Shown here: positions 1-11,784 of the stretch, one piece after another
Numbering within the stretch: position 1 is the first letter of the stretch
Layout: the number at the start of each line of letters is the position of its first letter
Assembly (NCBI GenBank): GCA_002269645.1
Contig: NIVC01000704.1
Location: forward strand, 141,692 to 205,691
Length of the DNA: 64,000 nt
Direction: 5' to 3'
From: Macrostomum lignano
Lineage: Eukaryota
Position numbers and translations under genes: made by a program
Notes under the pieces: generated by a model
The model's database searches: none
The model's input: only the letters and a program-made list of their open reading frames with translations
What the model was told of the DNA's origin: nothing

Positions 1-787
1 GGAAAGAGTGGGAGAGGATGAAGATACACTGAGATATTGAAATGGCTCTTTGCTAATACTTGTCGGGGCAACTATGAATCCACAGAAGGGGAAGGAGTAG
101 CAGATGCGGGATTAAAATGCTGGTACCATTGTCATTTGGGTTAATTTAGGAACAAGCTGACAAAGTGAACAATTTCAGCAACAGCATGCAGGCCGGGCTG
201 CAGACAAATCAAAGAAGACAGACAGGTAGATGTTTGGACTGCTGAAAGAAGCCAATTTTCAGGTGATCGCCCTGCTGAGAGCTCCCTGCTGCTGCTGGAG
301 GGGGAGCCAGTCTCAGTCTTGAAGAACAAAGAGGCGGCCGGTGTTCGCCGATAACTGCCGCGGTTCTTCAACCCGTCTGTTTGTGCCAAAGTCTTGGGGG
401 CCCTCGCTTCAAATGAGTAAATATTTATAGTCAATGCTGATAGCCGCTCCCCTGCAGCCATTGCTGCTTCTGTGAGGCTGAAAGCAGCAATTTGTGACAG
501 GGATGGGATGAAGCTGCTTGAAGATTCGCAGTCTCCGGGTCGGGTGGGGATGACAAGGACGCGTTTTCAGCTTTTAAAGAAGGATGCTGACGTCATTTCA
601 TTGATATCCTGTAGGCTGGGTGGCTGTCATCTCCGGGGCCAAGGATAAACACAGCTTTGCCAGCCATTGATCACCCGGCTGACAACACAGCTGCAATAGA
701 AATTCCTCATATGCCAATCTTCACAACTCTTAGTGGCTGACAAATTGGGTGATAGGATGCTGGAACCCGCTGCCTCATCTGGAATCT

Positions 788-1167
788 GCTGCCTCACCTG
801 GAATCCGCTGTCTCACCTGGAATCCGCTGTCTCACCTGGAATCCGCTGTCTCACCTGGAATCCGCTGTCTCACCTGGAATCCGCTGTCTCACCTGGAATC
901 CGCTGTCTCACCTGGAATCCGCTGTCTCACCTGGAATCCGCTGTCTCACCTGGAAGCCGCTGTCTCACCTGGAATCCGCTGTCTCACCTGGAATCCGCTG
1001 TCTCACCTGGAATCCGCTGTCTCACCTGGAATCCGCTGTCTCACCTGGAATCCGCTGTCTCACCTGGAATCCGATTTTTCACCTGGATTCCGATTTCTCA
1101 CCTGGAATCCGCTGTCTCACCTGGAATCCGCTGTCTCACCTGGAATCCGCTGTCTCACCTGGAATCC
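788..1167 (-). repeat. 19-bp minisatellite (CAGCGGATTCCAGGTGAGA)n, ~20 copies; each unit contains a CAG|GTGAGA splice-donor consensus
   Basis: Direct reading of tandem TCTCACCTGGAATCCGCTG units on the plus strand. Confidence 0.95.
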
Positions 1168-1190
1168 TCTGTCTCCACTCTCCACCTTGT
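1159..1190 (-). other. Candidate 32-nt micro-exon, gene unassigned
   Basis: Minus strand: aatttcag|ACAAGGTGGAGAGTGGAGACAGAGGATTCCAG|gtgaga. The donor is the first unit of the 19-mer array. Confidence 0.3.
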
Positions 1191-1677
1191 CTGAAATTCA
1201 CACTGCCCCACGTGAATACTTCAGTGTTCAAGTTAGCGAAAGTTGCATGAATCAAGACCCAACTAGTCTACTGTTAGTAGAAAAGCAAGGTTAAAAATTA
1301 TTATTTCGTGGACTGAACTGCGTAAATTTGTTTTGCAATTTCCAAAGTAAAAAAAATCAGACTCAGTTCCCCAGTCGTTTGCAATCAGTCTTATGAACGT
1401 CTAATCCATAAAATTATTGGGATATTTTAAGAATTCATGTTAGAGGTACATACGCTTGTGTATTAATCTGAATGCATTGCTGGTTTGGATTTGTAGACTG
1501 GTGATTAACAAAGTGATTAATAGGCATCTTGTGCACGCATCGCTGTTCGGAACCATGAATTCGATTTTGTGCCTGTATGACCATTTCTGTGCCTCTACAA
1601 GGCAAATCTATTTATATTTATAGAAGCGGAATTTCTTGATTTTCTAAGATAGATTCTGCATAAAGTTTTTAGCGTTT

Positions 1678-2596
1678 GGACTAAGGGTCGGGATTAAGGA
1701 TCAGGATTTAAAATCAAGATTTAGGATCGGGACTAGGGATCGGGACTAAGGACTGGGACTAAGGATCGGGACTAGGGATCGGGACTAAGGACTGGGACTA
1801 AGGATCGGGACTAAGAATTTGGACTAATGATCGAGACTAAGGATCGGGACTAAGGATCGGGACTAGGGATTGGGACTAAGGATCGGGACTAGGGATCGGC
1901 ACTAGGGATCGGGACTAAGGATCGGGACTAAGGATCGGGACTAAGGATCGGGACTAAGGATCGGGACTAAGGATCGGGACTAAGGATCGGGACTAAGGAT
2001 CGGGACTAAGGATCGGGACTAAGGATCGGGACTAGGGATCGGGACTAGGGATCGAGACTAAGGACTGGGACTAAGTACTGGGACTAAGGATCGGGACTTA
2101 GAATCGGACTAAGGATCGGGACTAAGGATCAGGATTACGAATAAGGATCGTAACTAAGGGTCGGGACTAAGGGTCGGGACTAAGAATCTGGACTAATGAT
2201 CGAGACTAAGGATCGGGACTAAGGATCAGGACTAAGGATCGGGACTAAGGATCGGGACTAAGGATCAGGACTAAGGATCGGGACTAAGGATCGGGACTAA
2301 GGATCGGGACTAAGGATCGGGACTAAGGATCGGGACTAAGGATCGGGACTAAGGATCGTGACTAAGGATCGGGACTAAGGATCGGGACTAAGGATCGGGA
2401 CTAAGGATCGGGACTAAGGATCGGGACTAAGGATCGGGACTAAGGATCGGGACTAAGGATCGGGACTAAGGATCGGGACTAAGGATCGGGACTAGGGATC
2501 GGGACTAAGGATCGGGACTAAGGATCGGGACTAAGGATCGGGACTAAGGATCGGGACTAGGGATCGGGACTAAGGATCGGGACTAAGGATCGGGAT
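1678..2596 (+). repeat. 13-bp minisatellite (GGGACTAAGGATC)n
   Basis: About 65-70 tandem units, degenerate at the left end. Confidence 0.95.
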
Positions 2597-3047
2597 CGAG
2601 CATGCATCAATATTGAGGAACTCAGGTCTAGAGTCATGCAGAACAATTTATGAATTTCGGCCTAAGGCGCAGCGAATTTGCCGACAAAGAGCATGGATGG
2701 ATGAGAAGGGCAGTGCTGCCCCCCTCAGCAAGTGAGCAGTCGCTTTTCACCTTCTCAGATTTCCCTGGGAATCGGAGCGCAATTTAATCCGGCACGCAAG
2801 ACTTTGGCGGGAGCTGCGGTGCCACCGGCACCTCTGCTGGCAGCTGAGTTTGCACGCGGGGCTCACAGCCGGCCTCTTCTGAAGTTTCCTGCTCGCTCTC
2901 TTCTTTTGCATCCTTGCAATCGCCTCTGATGTGCTCTCACGTCTGCATACTTTGAATTTCTGTTATACCTTCTGTTCTGCATTTTGTTTCTTTAGCCGCT
3001 GAGACCTCTAATTTAAGTATAGTATGTACTCTTTGCTAACTATAGTA

Positions 3048-5280
3048 CAGTCCATTCGCTACCATTCTCAATCTATTCTCATCGATTCTCAATCTATTCT
3101 CATCCATTCTCAATCTATTCTCATCCATTCTCAATCTATTCTCATCCATTCTCAATCTATTCTCATCCATTCTCAATCTATTCTCATCCATTCTCAATCT
3201 ATTCTCATCCATTCTCAATCTATTCTCATCCATTCTCAATATATTCTCATCAATCCTCCAACCTACTCTCATCCATTCTTATCTATTCTCATCCATTCTC
3301 AATCTATTCGCTACCATTCTCAATCTATTCTCATCGATTCTCAATCTATTCTCATCCATTCTCAATCTATTCTCATCCATTCTCAATCTATTCTCATCCA
3401 TTCTCAATATATTCTCATTCATTCTCACTCTATTTTCATCCATTCTAAATCTATTCTCATCCATTATCAATATATTCTCATCAATTCTCTAACCTACTCT
3501 CATCCATTCTTTATCTATTCTCATCCATTCTGAACCTATTCTCATCCATTCTGAATCTATTCTCATCCATTCTGAATCTATTCTCATCCATTCTGAATCT
3601 ATTCTCATCCATTCTTTATCTATTCTCATCCATTCTGAATCTATTCTCATCCATTCTGAATCTATTCTCATCCATTCTTTATCTATTCTCATCCATTCTG
3701 AATCTATTCTCATCCATTCTGAATCTATCCTCCTCCATTCTTTATCTATTCTCATCCATTCTTTATCTATTCTCATCCATTCTGAATCTATTCTCATCCA
3801 TTCTTTATCTATTCTCATCCATTCTCAATCTATTCTCATCCATTCTCAATCTATTCTCATCCATTCTCAATCTATTCTCATCCATTCTCAATATATTCTC
3901 ATCAATTCTCTAACCTACTCTCATCCATTCTTATCTATTATCACTCATTCTCACTCTATTTTCATCCATTCTTTATCTATTCTCATCCATTCTGAATCTA
4001 TTCTCATCCATTCTGAATCTATTCTCATCCATTCTGAATCTATTCTCATCCATTCTGAATCTATTCTCATCCATTCTTTATCTATTCTCATCCATTCTTT
4101 ATCTATTCTCATCCATTCTGAATCTATTCTCATCCATTCTGAATCTATTCTCATCCATTCTGAATCTATTCTCATCCATTCTGAATCTATTCTCTTCCAT
4201 TCTTTATCTATTCTCATCCATTCTGAATCTATTCTCATCCATTCTGAATCTATTCTCATCCATTCTGAATCTATTCTCATCCATTCTTTATCTATTCTCA
4301 TCCATTCTGAATCTATTCTCTCATATTCTCATGAATCTATTCTATTCTCATCCATTCTGAATCTATTCTCATCCATTCTGAATCTATCCTCCTCCATTCT
4401 TTATCTATTCTCATCCATTCTTTATCTATTCTCATCCATTCTGAATCTATTCTCATCCATTCTGAATCTATCCTCCTCCATTCTTTATCTATTCTCATCC
4501 ATTCTGAATCTATCCTCCTCCATTCTTTATCTATTCTCATCCATTCTTTATCTATTCTCATCCATTCTGAATCTATTCTCATCCATTCTGAATCTATTCT
4601 CATCCATTCTGAATCTATTCTCATCCATTCTTTATCTATTCTCATCCATTCTGAATCTATTCTCATCCATTCTGAATCTATTCTCATCCATTCTGAATCT
4701 ATTCTCATCCATTCTTTATCTATTCTCATCCATTCTCAATCTATTCTCATCCATTCTCAATCTATTCTCATCCATTCTCAATCTATTCTCATCCATTCTC
4801 AATATATTCTCATCAATTCTCTAACCTACTCTCATCCATTCTTATCTATTATCACTCATTCTCACTCTATTTTCATCCATTCTTTATCTATTCTCATCCA
4901 TTCTGAATCTATTCTCATCCATTCTGAATCTATTCTCATCCATTCTGAATCTATTCTCATCCATTCTGAATCTATTCTCATCCATTCTTTATCTATTCTC
5001 ATCCATTCTTTATCTATTCTCATCCATTCTGAATCTATTCTCATCCATTCTGAATCTATTCTCATCCATTCTGAATCTATTCTCATCCATTCTGAATCTA
5101 TTCTCTTCCATTCTTTATCTATTCTCATCCATTCTGAATCTATTCTCATCCATTCTGAATCTATCCTCCTCCATTCTCAATCTATCCTCATCCATTCTGA
5201 ATCTATTCTCATCCATTCTGAATCTATTCTCATCCATTCTTTATCTATTCTCATCCATTCTCAATCTATTCTCATCCAAC
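3048..5280 (+). repeat. 21-bp minisatellite (ATCCATTCTSAATCTATTCTC)n with higher-order block duplication
   Basis: Tandem units. The same variant block (atcaattctctaacctactc...atcactcattctcactctatttt) recurs near 3900 and 4810. Confidence 0.95.
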
Positions 5281-6119
5281 TGGGACTCACTAAGCTCTCA
5301 GTTGATCCTCCGCACGCCTCTCTCAGCTGGCCAATTACAAATATCTTATTTAAGCCAGGGCAAGCGGCAGCAACAAAATCCCCTGTCTTGTTATTTTCCT
5401 CTTTAGCCCGGCGGCAGCAACAGCAGGCCGGGCCGGACTGCAGGAAGCGTCGGGGATGAGCAGAGCGGGCAGGTAGGAAGGCGCGCGGGAGGGCCTTTCA
5501 ATTACTGCTGACTGCTGCGGGAGTCTGGGGAGGCGGGCGGCTGGATGGGAGCCTGAGCAGGCCTGTTGCTGGGGGCTGCCTGCCTTTCTCCTGTGCAAGC
5601 TGCCGTCCGTCTCTTCTTTCTTTTTCTATTTTCAAAGCGCCGCGCATTCTGCCGCTGCCAGCCGCCTCCCCAGCCGGAGAAAGCTGCTGCTGCAGGAAAA
5701 GCAACAGGCAGGCAGCGGCCCTTTGGAAAATTAGCCAATTTTCACCTGTGGCGCTCGTGCTCTGGCGGCTTAAAGGGAAATGTCGCGGAGGAGGCTGGCC
5801 AACTGATTAAATGAAGGCAGCCGTGTGCATTAATTCATAAATATGTTGCTTTCTAAAACTCTTCAAATGTTCTATTTTTTACTTGTGAATGTGGACTTAC
5901 AAATTTTAGCTAAAATCAGCGATTAGATAGGACAGCTGTAGGGCTTGGCTAACAGTTCATTGATTTGTGGTCAAGCAGTTTTGTAGCACTTGCGCAATGA
6001 TGCAGTTTTGTGAAGGAGGCTTCCTCTTTGAGGCTAAAAATGTATAATGGAGCCAGAGGGTGAGATGAAGGCAAATACAGTACACAGGATTTGAGAAGGA
6101 AGAATAAGGGTATATAAGA

Positions 6120-6355
6120 ATGGGAGACAAGAAGAGATAAAAAGAGATAAGGGAAGATAACCCCAAAAAAGGGAGAAAGGGGAGGTAAGGGGAGATAAGG
6201 GGAGATAAGGGGAGATAAGGGGAGATAAGGGCAGATAAAGGCAGATAAGGGCAGATAAGGAGAAAAAATCAGAGATAAAGGAGACAGCAGAGCAGCAAGC
6301 AGGTAAAAAAAGCAAACAAGGAAAAAGTAAAGCCAGACGTGCGAGAAGACGGGGG
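6120..6355 (+). repeat. Dispersed repeat copy 1: (GGGGAGATAA)n plus a unique tail
   Basis: The tail gagcagcaagcaggtaaaaaaagcaaacaag...aagccagacgtgcgagaagacgg recurs at ~12035-12095 after the same 10-mer array. Confidence 0.8.
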
Positions 6356-6444
6356 ACAGGCGGGGGCATAGAGGACTTTGCAGTTCACCGGCAGCACGGC
6401 ATGGCCAGATGTCTGTTTGACCGATCAGGCTCGTCCACCGCCTC

Positions 6445-6517
6445 CTAGCAGAGCTCGTCATCGAAGATCACCGGCACGTGGCTGCCCGCCACCACCAGCG
6501 GGTCGGCCAGCATGGAG

Positions 6518-6571
<54 letters not shown>

Positions 6572-6768
6572 ACGCCCTCTAGCCGGTGTCTCCGGTGTCT
6601 CCGTGTCGATGCGAAGCCGACAGCCGCCGTGAAGCCCGGGCCGGTGGCGGCCACCGCGGCGGCGGACCGGCGGTAGAGACAGCAGGCGGTCAGCAGGGCG
6701 GCCAGCAGGCAGGCGGCCACGGCCAGCAGCGAGAGCACCAGCGCCAGAAACAGCCCGTCCGAGGTGCC
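6445..6768 (-). CDS. TM and cytoplasmic exon of a dystroglycan-like single-pass membrane protein (upstream exons not identified)
   Basis: Acceptor atctcag|GGC at 6768. TM LFLALVLSLLAVAACLLAALLTACCLYRR, poly-Gly tract, then HVPVIFDDEL, resembling dystroglycan tails (human GVPIIFADEL; Drosophila ACCL...GIPVIFQDE, from memory). TAG at 6445-6447. Confidence 0.5.
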
Positions 6769-6962
6769 CTGAGATGCATTCGATGGCATTCTGCTGCCTC
6801 TAGGAGAGGGCTAGGAGAGACTAGAATTGAGAGGCTGCTTTCTGAGGAGACGAATTGCCCTCTCTGAGAAGCAGCTCAAATCCACGGTGGACGGGGAGGC
6901 GCGAAAAGGCTTTTCTGGCCTACAGGCCAATCAGAGAGCGGCTGCTGGCGAGCCTAAGCCCT

Positions 6963-7204
6963 CACTTACTCACTCACTCACTCATTCACTCACTCAATCA
7001 CTGACTCACTCACTCACTCACTCACTCACTCACTCTCTCCCTCACTCACTCACTCACTCACTCACTCACTCACTCACTCACTCACTCACTCACTCACTCA
7101 CTCACTCACTCACTCACTCACTCACTCACTCACTCACTCACTCACTCACTCACTCACTCACTCACTCACTCACTCACTCACTCACTCACTCACTCACTGA
7201 TTCA
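6963..7204 (+). repeat. (CTCA)n microsatellite, left part; target of the LTR insertion
   Basis: Direct reading; the array resumes at 10546. Confidence 0.95.
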
Positions 7205-7402
7205 TGTTGTAAAGTGAGTTTACTCACTGGGTTGTTTTGCTAGTCGGTGTTTGGGGGTCAAGGGATCCGATGTACATGCGCGCTCTGTTTGTATATGTAC
7301 ATGCGTTCTCGAGTAAATATAAGAATAGCTCCACCCTTTGGGTGAGGGTTTGAATTTTGTTTGTTGGACTAAACCTGACTGGCTTGTCTCTCGCTCACCA
7401 CA
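7205..7402 (+). repeat. 5' LTR (198 bp)
   Basis: TGTTGTAAAG...CTCACCACA; identical by eye to the 3' LTR. Confidence 0.97.
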
Positions 7403-7405
7403 TTT

Positions 7406-7422
7406 TGGCGTCGCAAGCAGGA
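7406..7422 (+). promoter_or_regulatory. Primer-binding site, tRNA-Ser-like
   Basis: TGGCGTCGCAAGCAGGA lies 3 nt after the LTR. It resembles the complement of the tRNA-Ser(CGA) 3' end (TGGCGTCACGAACAGGA in vertebrates, from memory). Confidence 0.7.
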
Positions 7423-10301
7423 ACATCCTGGGGTGCGACCTCATGGATCAGCTGGGACTGTGGATCGTCACTGCAGACGGTGAGCGAGTGCAGACAGTCG
7501 GCACCAGAGCCCTGCCTGACTGGATCCCAGGCCGGTTCGACCAGTTGACTCAGGGACTCGGACACATCAAAGGATTTCAGCACAGGCCGCGAGTCAACCC
7601 CGCGGTGCAACCGACTGCTCAACCGTTGCGCAGAGTGCCGCTCAGCCTAAGAGATTCGGTTCAAAAGGAGATCGACCAGCTGCTGCAGCAAGGCATCATC
7701 GAGGAGGTCGACGCCTCAGACTGGGTGTCAAACCTAGTCGTGGTGCCAAAGGCGAACGGCTCGATCCGGATCTGCAACGACCTGAGAGGCCCAAACAAGA
7801 GCATCGTACCGGACAGATACCCACTTCCGACCTTTGAGGAGCTCTCCGCCGAGTTTGCCGGGTCACGATGCTTCTCCAAGTTGGACCTGAATTCGTCTTA
7901 CCTGCAACTGGAGTTGTCCGAGGACTGCAGAAATCTGACCACGTTCGTGACGGAGCGAGGCCTATATCGATATCGGAGGGTGTGCTTCGGCCTGAGTAGT
8001 GCACCGGCTGCGTTCCAGAAGGTGATGGCTAAGATCCTCAGTGGCATTAAAGGCGCAGTGCACTTTATTGACGACATCGTAGTGCACGCGGCATCAAGAG
8101 AAGAGCACGACAAGCGCCTGTTCAAGGTGCTGCAAGCTCTGATGACGCACAACGTGACTATCAATACGGCCAAGTGCACCTGGCGCCAGGACAAGGTCAA
8201 CTTCCTAGGCTATGAGCTGAGCGCTTCTGGAGTCCGCCCGTTGCAGTCACACGTCGAAGCTATCGAGAAGGTACAGCCGCCAACGAACACCAAGGAAGTG
8301 GCTGCGTTTCTAGGCGTCGTGAAGTACTTCGGCAACTTCATTCCCAGCCTCTCCAGCACGGCGGAGCCCCTCATGAAACTGCTGAGGAAGGACGAGTCGT
8401 GGAAGTGGACGAGTGAGTGCCAGCAGGCTTTTGAGCAGCTGAAGGCAGGAGTGTGCAAGCCACCTTGCCTCAAGTTTTTCGACGCAGATCAGCCGATCAT
8501 CGTCAGCTGCGACAGCTCAGCATCAGCTCTCGGTGCGATGCTCCTCCAGCAAGACTCCGACGGCCAGTGGCGCCCGGTTGCCTTTGCGAGCCGAACTCTG
8601 AGTGCTACGGAGCGCCGCTACTCGGCGAGCGAGAGGGAAGCCCTGGCCTGCATCTTCGCCTGTGAGCGCTGGAACTTCTTCCTTTACGGCCGACGGTTCG
8701 AGCTCCACACCGATCACCAGGCTCTCACCACGCTGCTGTCATCATCTGGGAGCGGACACCGGCCACTCAGACTGCATCGCTGGGCTGATCGTTTGTTAAA
8801 CTACTCCTTCACCGTCAAGTACGTCCCGGGTGCCAAGAACATCGTGCCCGACTTTCTGTCGCGCTGCCAGGACACGGCCGAGCCGACGGAAGGCGATGAA
8901 ACAGACGGTCTGGAAGTCCAAAGAGTGCTCCTGGCCGAGGCGCTGACCGTGGTCACCGAGGACGAACTGGCGGAGGCAACGTCAAAGGACGAGCTCCTGG
9001 CACGAGTCGCAGAGTTCACAGTTTCCGGTTGGCCAGACAAGAAAAAGCTCGATGAGCGCCTGCTGCCCTACTGGAGTGTTAGGAACGAGCTGACTGTTTG
9101 GAGCAACGGCAGGTGCTTGGCCATGGGAACTCGTGCCGTCATACCGGAAGAATTGCGCCAGCGAGTGCTCGACTTAGCGCATCAAGGTCACAAGGGAGTC
9201 AGCAGGACCAAGCATCACTGCCGAGACACCGCGTGGTGGCCCAAAATGGACAGCGACATCGAGAGGTTCGTCAGCAGCTGCTCTGCGTGCATCATCAGTG
9301 AGAAGAGCTTCAAGCCGCATCGGACAGTGCTGACCCCGACCAAGTGGCCGAAGGAACCGTGGACAGAGCTGCAGATCGACTTGTTCGGAGAGCTGCACGA
9401 GGGTGCACCACAGAACTGCCGTTTCATACTCGGTGTACATGACCTGCATTCAAAGTGGCCCGAACTGGTCTGCCTCTCTTCAGCGACGTCTGCGACTATC
9501 ATCAAGAGTCTCACGGCGCTGTTTTGTCGCTGGGGCATTCCGCGCGTAATCACCACCGATGGAGGACCCCAGTTCATCTCCCAGGAGTTCAACGACTTCC
9601 TAAAGGCGTACGGCATCAATCATCGTCAGACTCCGTTCTACCACCCTCAAGGAAATTCAGGAGTGGAGCGCCTGAACCGCGTAGTCAAAGAGGGCTTGAA
9701 GAGCCACCTTCAAGACGGCTACTCGTTCCTGGAAGCGGTGCAGTCCATCCTGTGGGCGTACCGATCGACACCGCATGCGCTGACCGGCGTGACGCCAGCG
9801 GAGCTGATGCTCGGCCGCAAGATCACCACGCCGCTGTGGACGCTGCAGCCGAAGCGAGCGACTCGAGAGCACCCACTGGCCGATCAGATCCAGGAGCGGC
9901 AAAGACGGCAGTTCAAGCGGCTCAACAGATCCCGGCAGCCGCCGCGCCAATTCCGGGTCGGCGACCTGGTGCGAGTGCGATCTCCGCGGATGCGAGGCAA
10001 GCTGCAGAGCCACGTGTCACCACCTCTACGGGTCAGCGACATCATCAGCCCGACGATCGTCAGGTTAGAGGACGGCTCAAGGTGGCACACCAGCCTCTGT
10101 ATGCCTCATGCGGAGCCCGAGGGTGCCAGCACGACTTCAACAACGGCAATGCCGCCACAGCCGCCAGTGGCTGCAGAGCCGGCAGCGCCAGGAGGCCCGA
10201 CGGACCCGCCGCCGGCGACCGCTGAGGCCGACGCGGAGCTGCGGCGCAGTACGCGACTGCGGGCACCACCGTTGTGGTACGGCCAGGTCGTGACGCATTG
10301 A
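7422..10301 (+). CDS. pol: Truncated Pol: protease C-terminal remnant, RT, RNase H, integrase (first ATG 7443, 952 aa)
   Basis: NILGCDL (protease end), KLDLNSSYLQL, FGLSSAP, HFIDDIVV (RT), VSCDSS..EREAL..TDHQAL (RNase H), HQGH...CSAC, IDLFG/TDGGPQF/GVERLN (integrase HHCC plus DDE), FRVGDLVRV (GPY/F-like). No stops or frameshifts. Confidence 0.95.
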   Translation, partial: NILGCDLMDQLGLWIVTADGERVQTVGTRALPDWIPGRFDQLTQGLGHIKGFQHRPRVNPAVQPTAQPLRRVPLSLRDSVQKEIDQLLQQGIIEEVDASDWVSNLVVVPKANGSIRICNDLRGPNKSIVPDRYPLPTFEELSAEFAGSRCFSKLDLNSSYLQLELSEDCRNLTTFVTERGLYRYRRVCFGLSSAPAAFQKVMAKILSGIKGAVHFIDDIVVHAASREEHDKRLFKVLQALMTHNVTINTAKCTWRQDKVNFLGYELSASGVRPLQSHVEAIEKVQPPTNTKEVAAFLGVVKYFGNFIPSLSSTAEPLMKLLRKDESWKWTSECQQAFEQLKAGVCKPPCLKFFDADQPIIVSCDSSASALGAMLLQQDSDGQWRPVAFASRTLSATERRYSASEREALACIFACERWNFFLYGRRFELHTDHQALTTLLSSSGSGHRPLRLHRWADRLLNYSFTVKYVPGAKNIVPDFLSRCQDTAEPTEGDETDGLEVQRVLLAEALTVVTEDELAEATSKDELLARVAEFTVSGWPDKKKLDERLLPYWSVRNELTVWSNGRCLAMGTRAVIPEELRQRVLDLAHQGHKGVSRTKHHCRDTAWWPKMDSDIERFVSSCSACIISEKSFKPHRTVLTPTKWPKEPWTELQIDLFGELHEGAPQNCRFILGVHDLHSKWPELVCLSSATSATIIKSLTALFCRWGIPRVITTDGGPQFISQEFNDFLKAYGINHRQTPFYHPQGNSGVERLNRVVKEGLKSHLQDGYSFLEAVQSILWAYRSTPHALTGVTPAELMLGRKITTPLWTLQPKRATREHPLADQIQERQRRQFKRLNRSRQPPRQFRVGDLVRVRSPRMRGKLQSHVSPPLRVSDIISPTIVRLEDGSRWHTSLCMPHAEPEGASTTSTTAMPPQPPVAAEPAAPGGPTDPPPATAEADAELRRSTRLRAPPLWYGQVVTH

Positions 10302-10332
10302 TTGCCAGCTGTGAAGGGAATTAGTGACTGTT

Positions 10333-10347
10333 AAGGAGGAGGGTGAA
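10333..10347 (+). promoter_or_regulatory. Polypurine tract
   Basis: AAGGAGGAGGGTGAA immediately before the 3' LTR. Confidence 0.85.
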
Positions 10348-10545
10348 TGTTGTAAAGTGAGTTTACTCACTGGGTTGTTTTGCTAGTCGGTGTTTGGGGG
10401 TCAAGGGATCCGATGTACATGCGCGCTCTGTTTGTATATGTACATGCGTTCTCGAGTAAATATAAGAATAGCTCCACCCTTTGGGTGAGGGTTTGAATTT
10501 TGTTTGTTGGACTAAACCTGACTGGCTTGTCTCTCGCTCACCACA
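10348..10545 (+). repeat. 3' LTR (198 bp)
   Basis: Identical to 7205-7402. Confidence 0.97.
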
Positions 10546-11398
10546 ATTCACTCACTCACTCACTCACTCACTCATGAACTCATGAACTCATGAACTCACT
10601 CACTCACTCATGAACTCATGAACTCACTCACTCACTCACTCATGAACTCACTCATGAACTCACTCATGAACTCACTCATGAACTCACTCATGAACTCACT
10701 CATGAACTCACTCATGAACTCACTCATGAACTCACTCATGAGTTCACTCATGAACTCACTCATGAACTCACTCATGAACTCACTCATGAACTCACTCATG
10801 AACTCACTCATGAACTCACTCATGAGTTCACTCATGAACTCACTCATGAACTCACTCATGAACTCACTCATGAACTCACTCATGAACTCACTCATGAGTT
10901 CACTCATGAACTCACTCATGAACTCACTCATGAACTCACTCATGAACTCACTCATGAACTCACTCATGAACTCACTCATGAACTCACTCATGAACTCACT
11001 CATGAACTCACTCATGAACTCACTCATGAACTCACTCATGAACTCACTCATGAGTTCACTCATGAACTCACTCATGAACTCACTCATGAACTCACTCATG
11101 AGTTCACTCATGAACTCACTCATGAACTCACTCATGAACTCACTCATGAACTCACTCATGAACTCACTCATGAACTCACTCATGAACTCACTTATGAACT
11201 CACTCATGAACTCACTCATGAACTCACTCATGAAATCACTCATGAACTCACTCATGAACTCACTCATGAACTCACTCATGAACTCACTCATGAACTCACT
11301 CATGAACTCACTCATGAACTCACTCATGAACTCACTCATGAACTCACTCATGAACTCACTCATGAACTCACTCTTGAACTGATGAACTCACTCTTGAA
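10546..11398 (+). repeat. (CTCA)n grading into 12-bp (ATGAACTCACTC)n satellite
   Basis: Direct reading. Confidence 0.95.
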
Positions 11399-11784
11399 TT
11401 CGCTCAGTTCGCACACATGGCCACTCTATTTCTTCCAAATTTGAAATTCCAGATTTCGAACTGGAGCAGTCCAGACAGCGGGGTGAATGAATTCAGGCTG
11501 CATACAATTAAAGCCTGGGTTTCTTCCTGCCTATCAATATTTTCATCCTCTTGTGTTCTTACTTGGCCCTTCAAAAGCCTCATCAAGGCCGAATCGCAGC
11601 CTCCGGGCCAGAAACAGAGGCAATATTTTTACCTGAGTGAACAGTCCGACTCCCCATGAAATTTGCTGGGACGGCTGTCTTCTTCTCGTTCTGCATTTTC
11701 CCAATTCTGCTTCTTGAAGAACGTCCACGCTTCATGTACTACTCACCATAATTATTTCAGTAGTAGTGCTGGTGCACTAAACGT

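Larger units (their letters stand above)
7205..10545 (+). mobile_element. Ty3/Gypsy LTR retrotransposon with internal deletion of gag and most of the protease; very recent insertion
   Basis: Identical 198-bp TG...CA LTRs (7205-7402, 10348-10545), 5-bp TSD ATTCA (7200-7204, 10546-10550), PBS, PPT and an RT-RNaseH-IN ORF. Confidence 0.97.

Noticed and set aside
141-720. ORF 141-461 and neighbouring frames
   Set aside because: No recognisable domain or consistent splice signals.
1678-2596. Telomere-variant array
   Set aside because: 13-bp unit with only partial TAAGG/TAGGG similarity; treated as an ordinary minisatellite.
733-5149. Repetitive ORFs (CLTWNPLSHL..., MRIDSEW..., HSQSILI...)
   Set aside because: Translations of 19- and 21-bp tandem repeats, open in several frames or strands, with no non-repeat domain.
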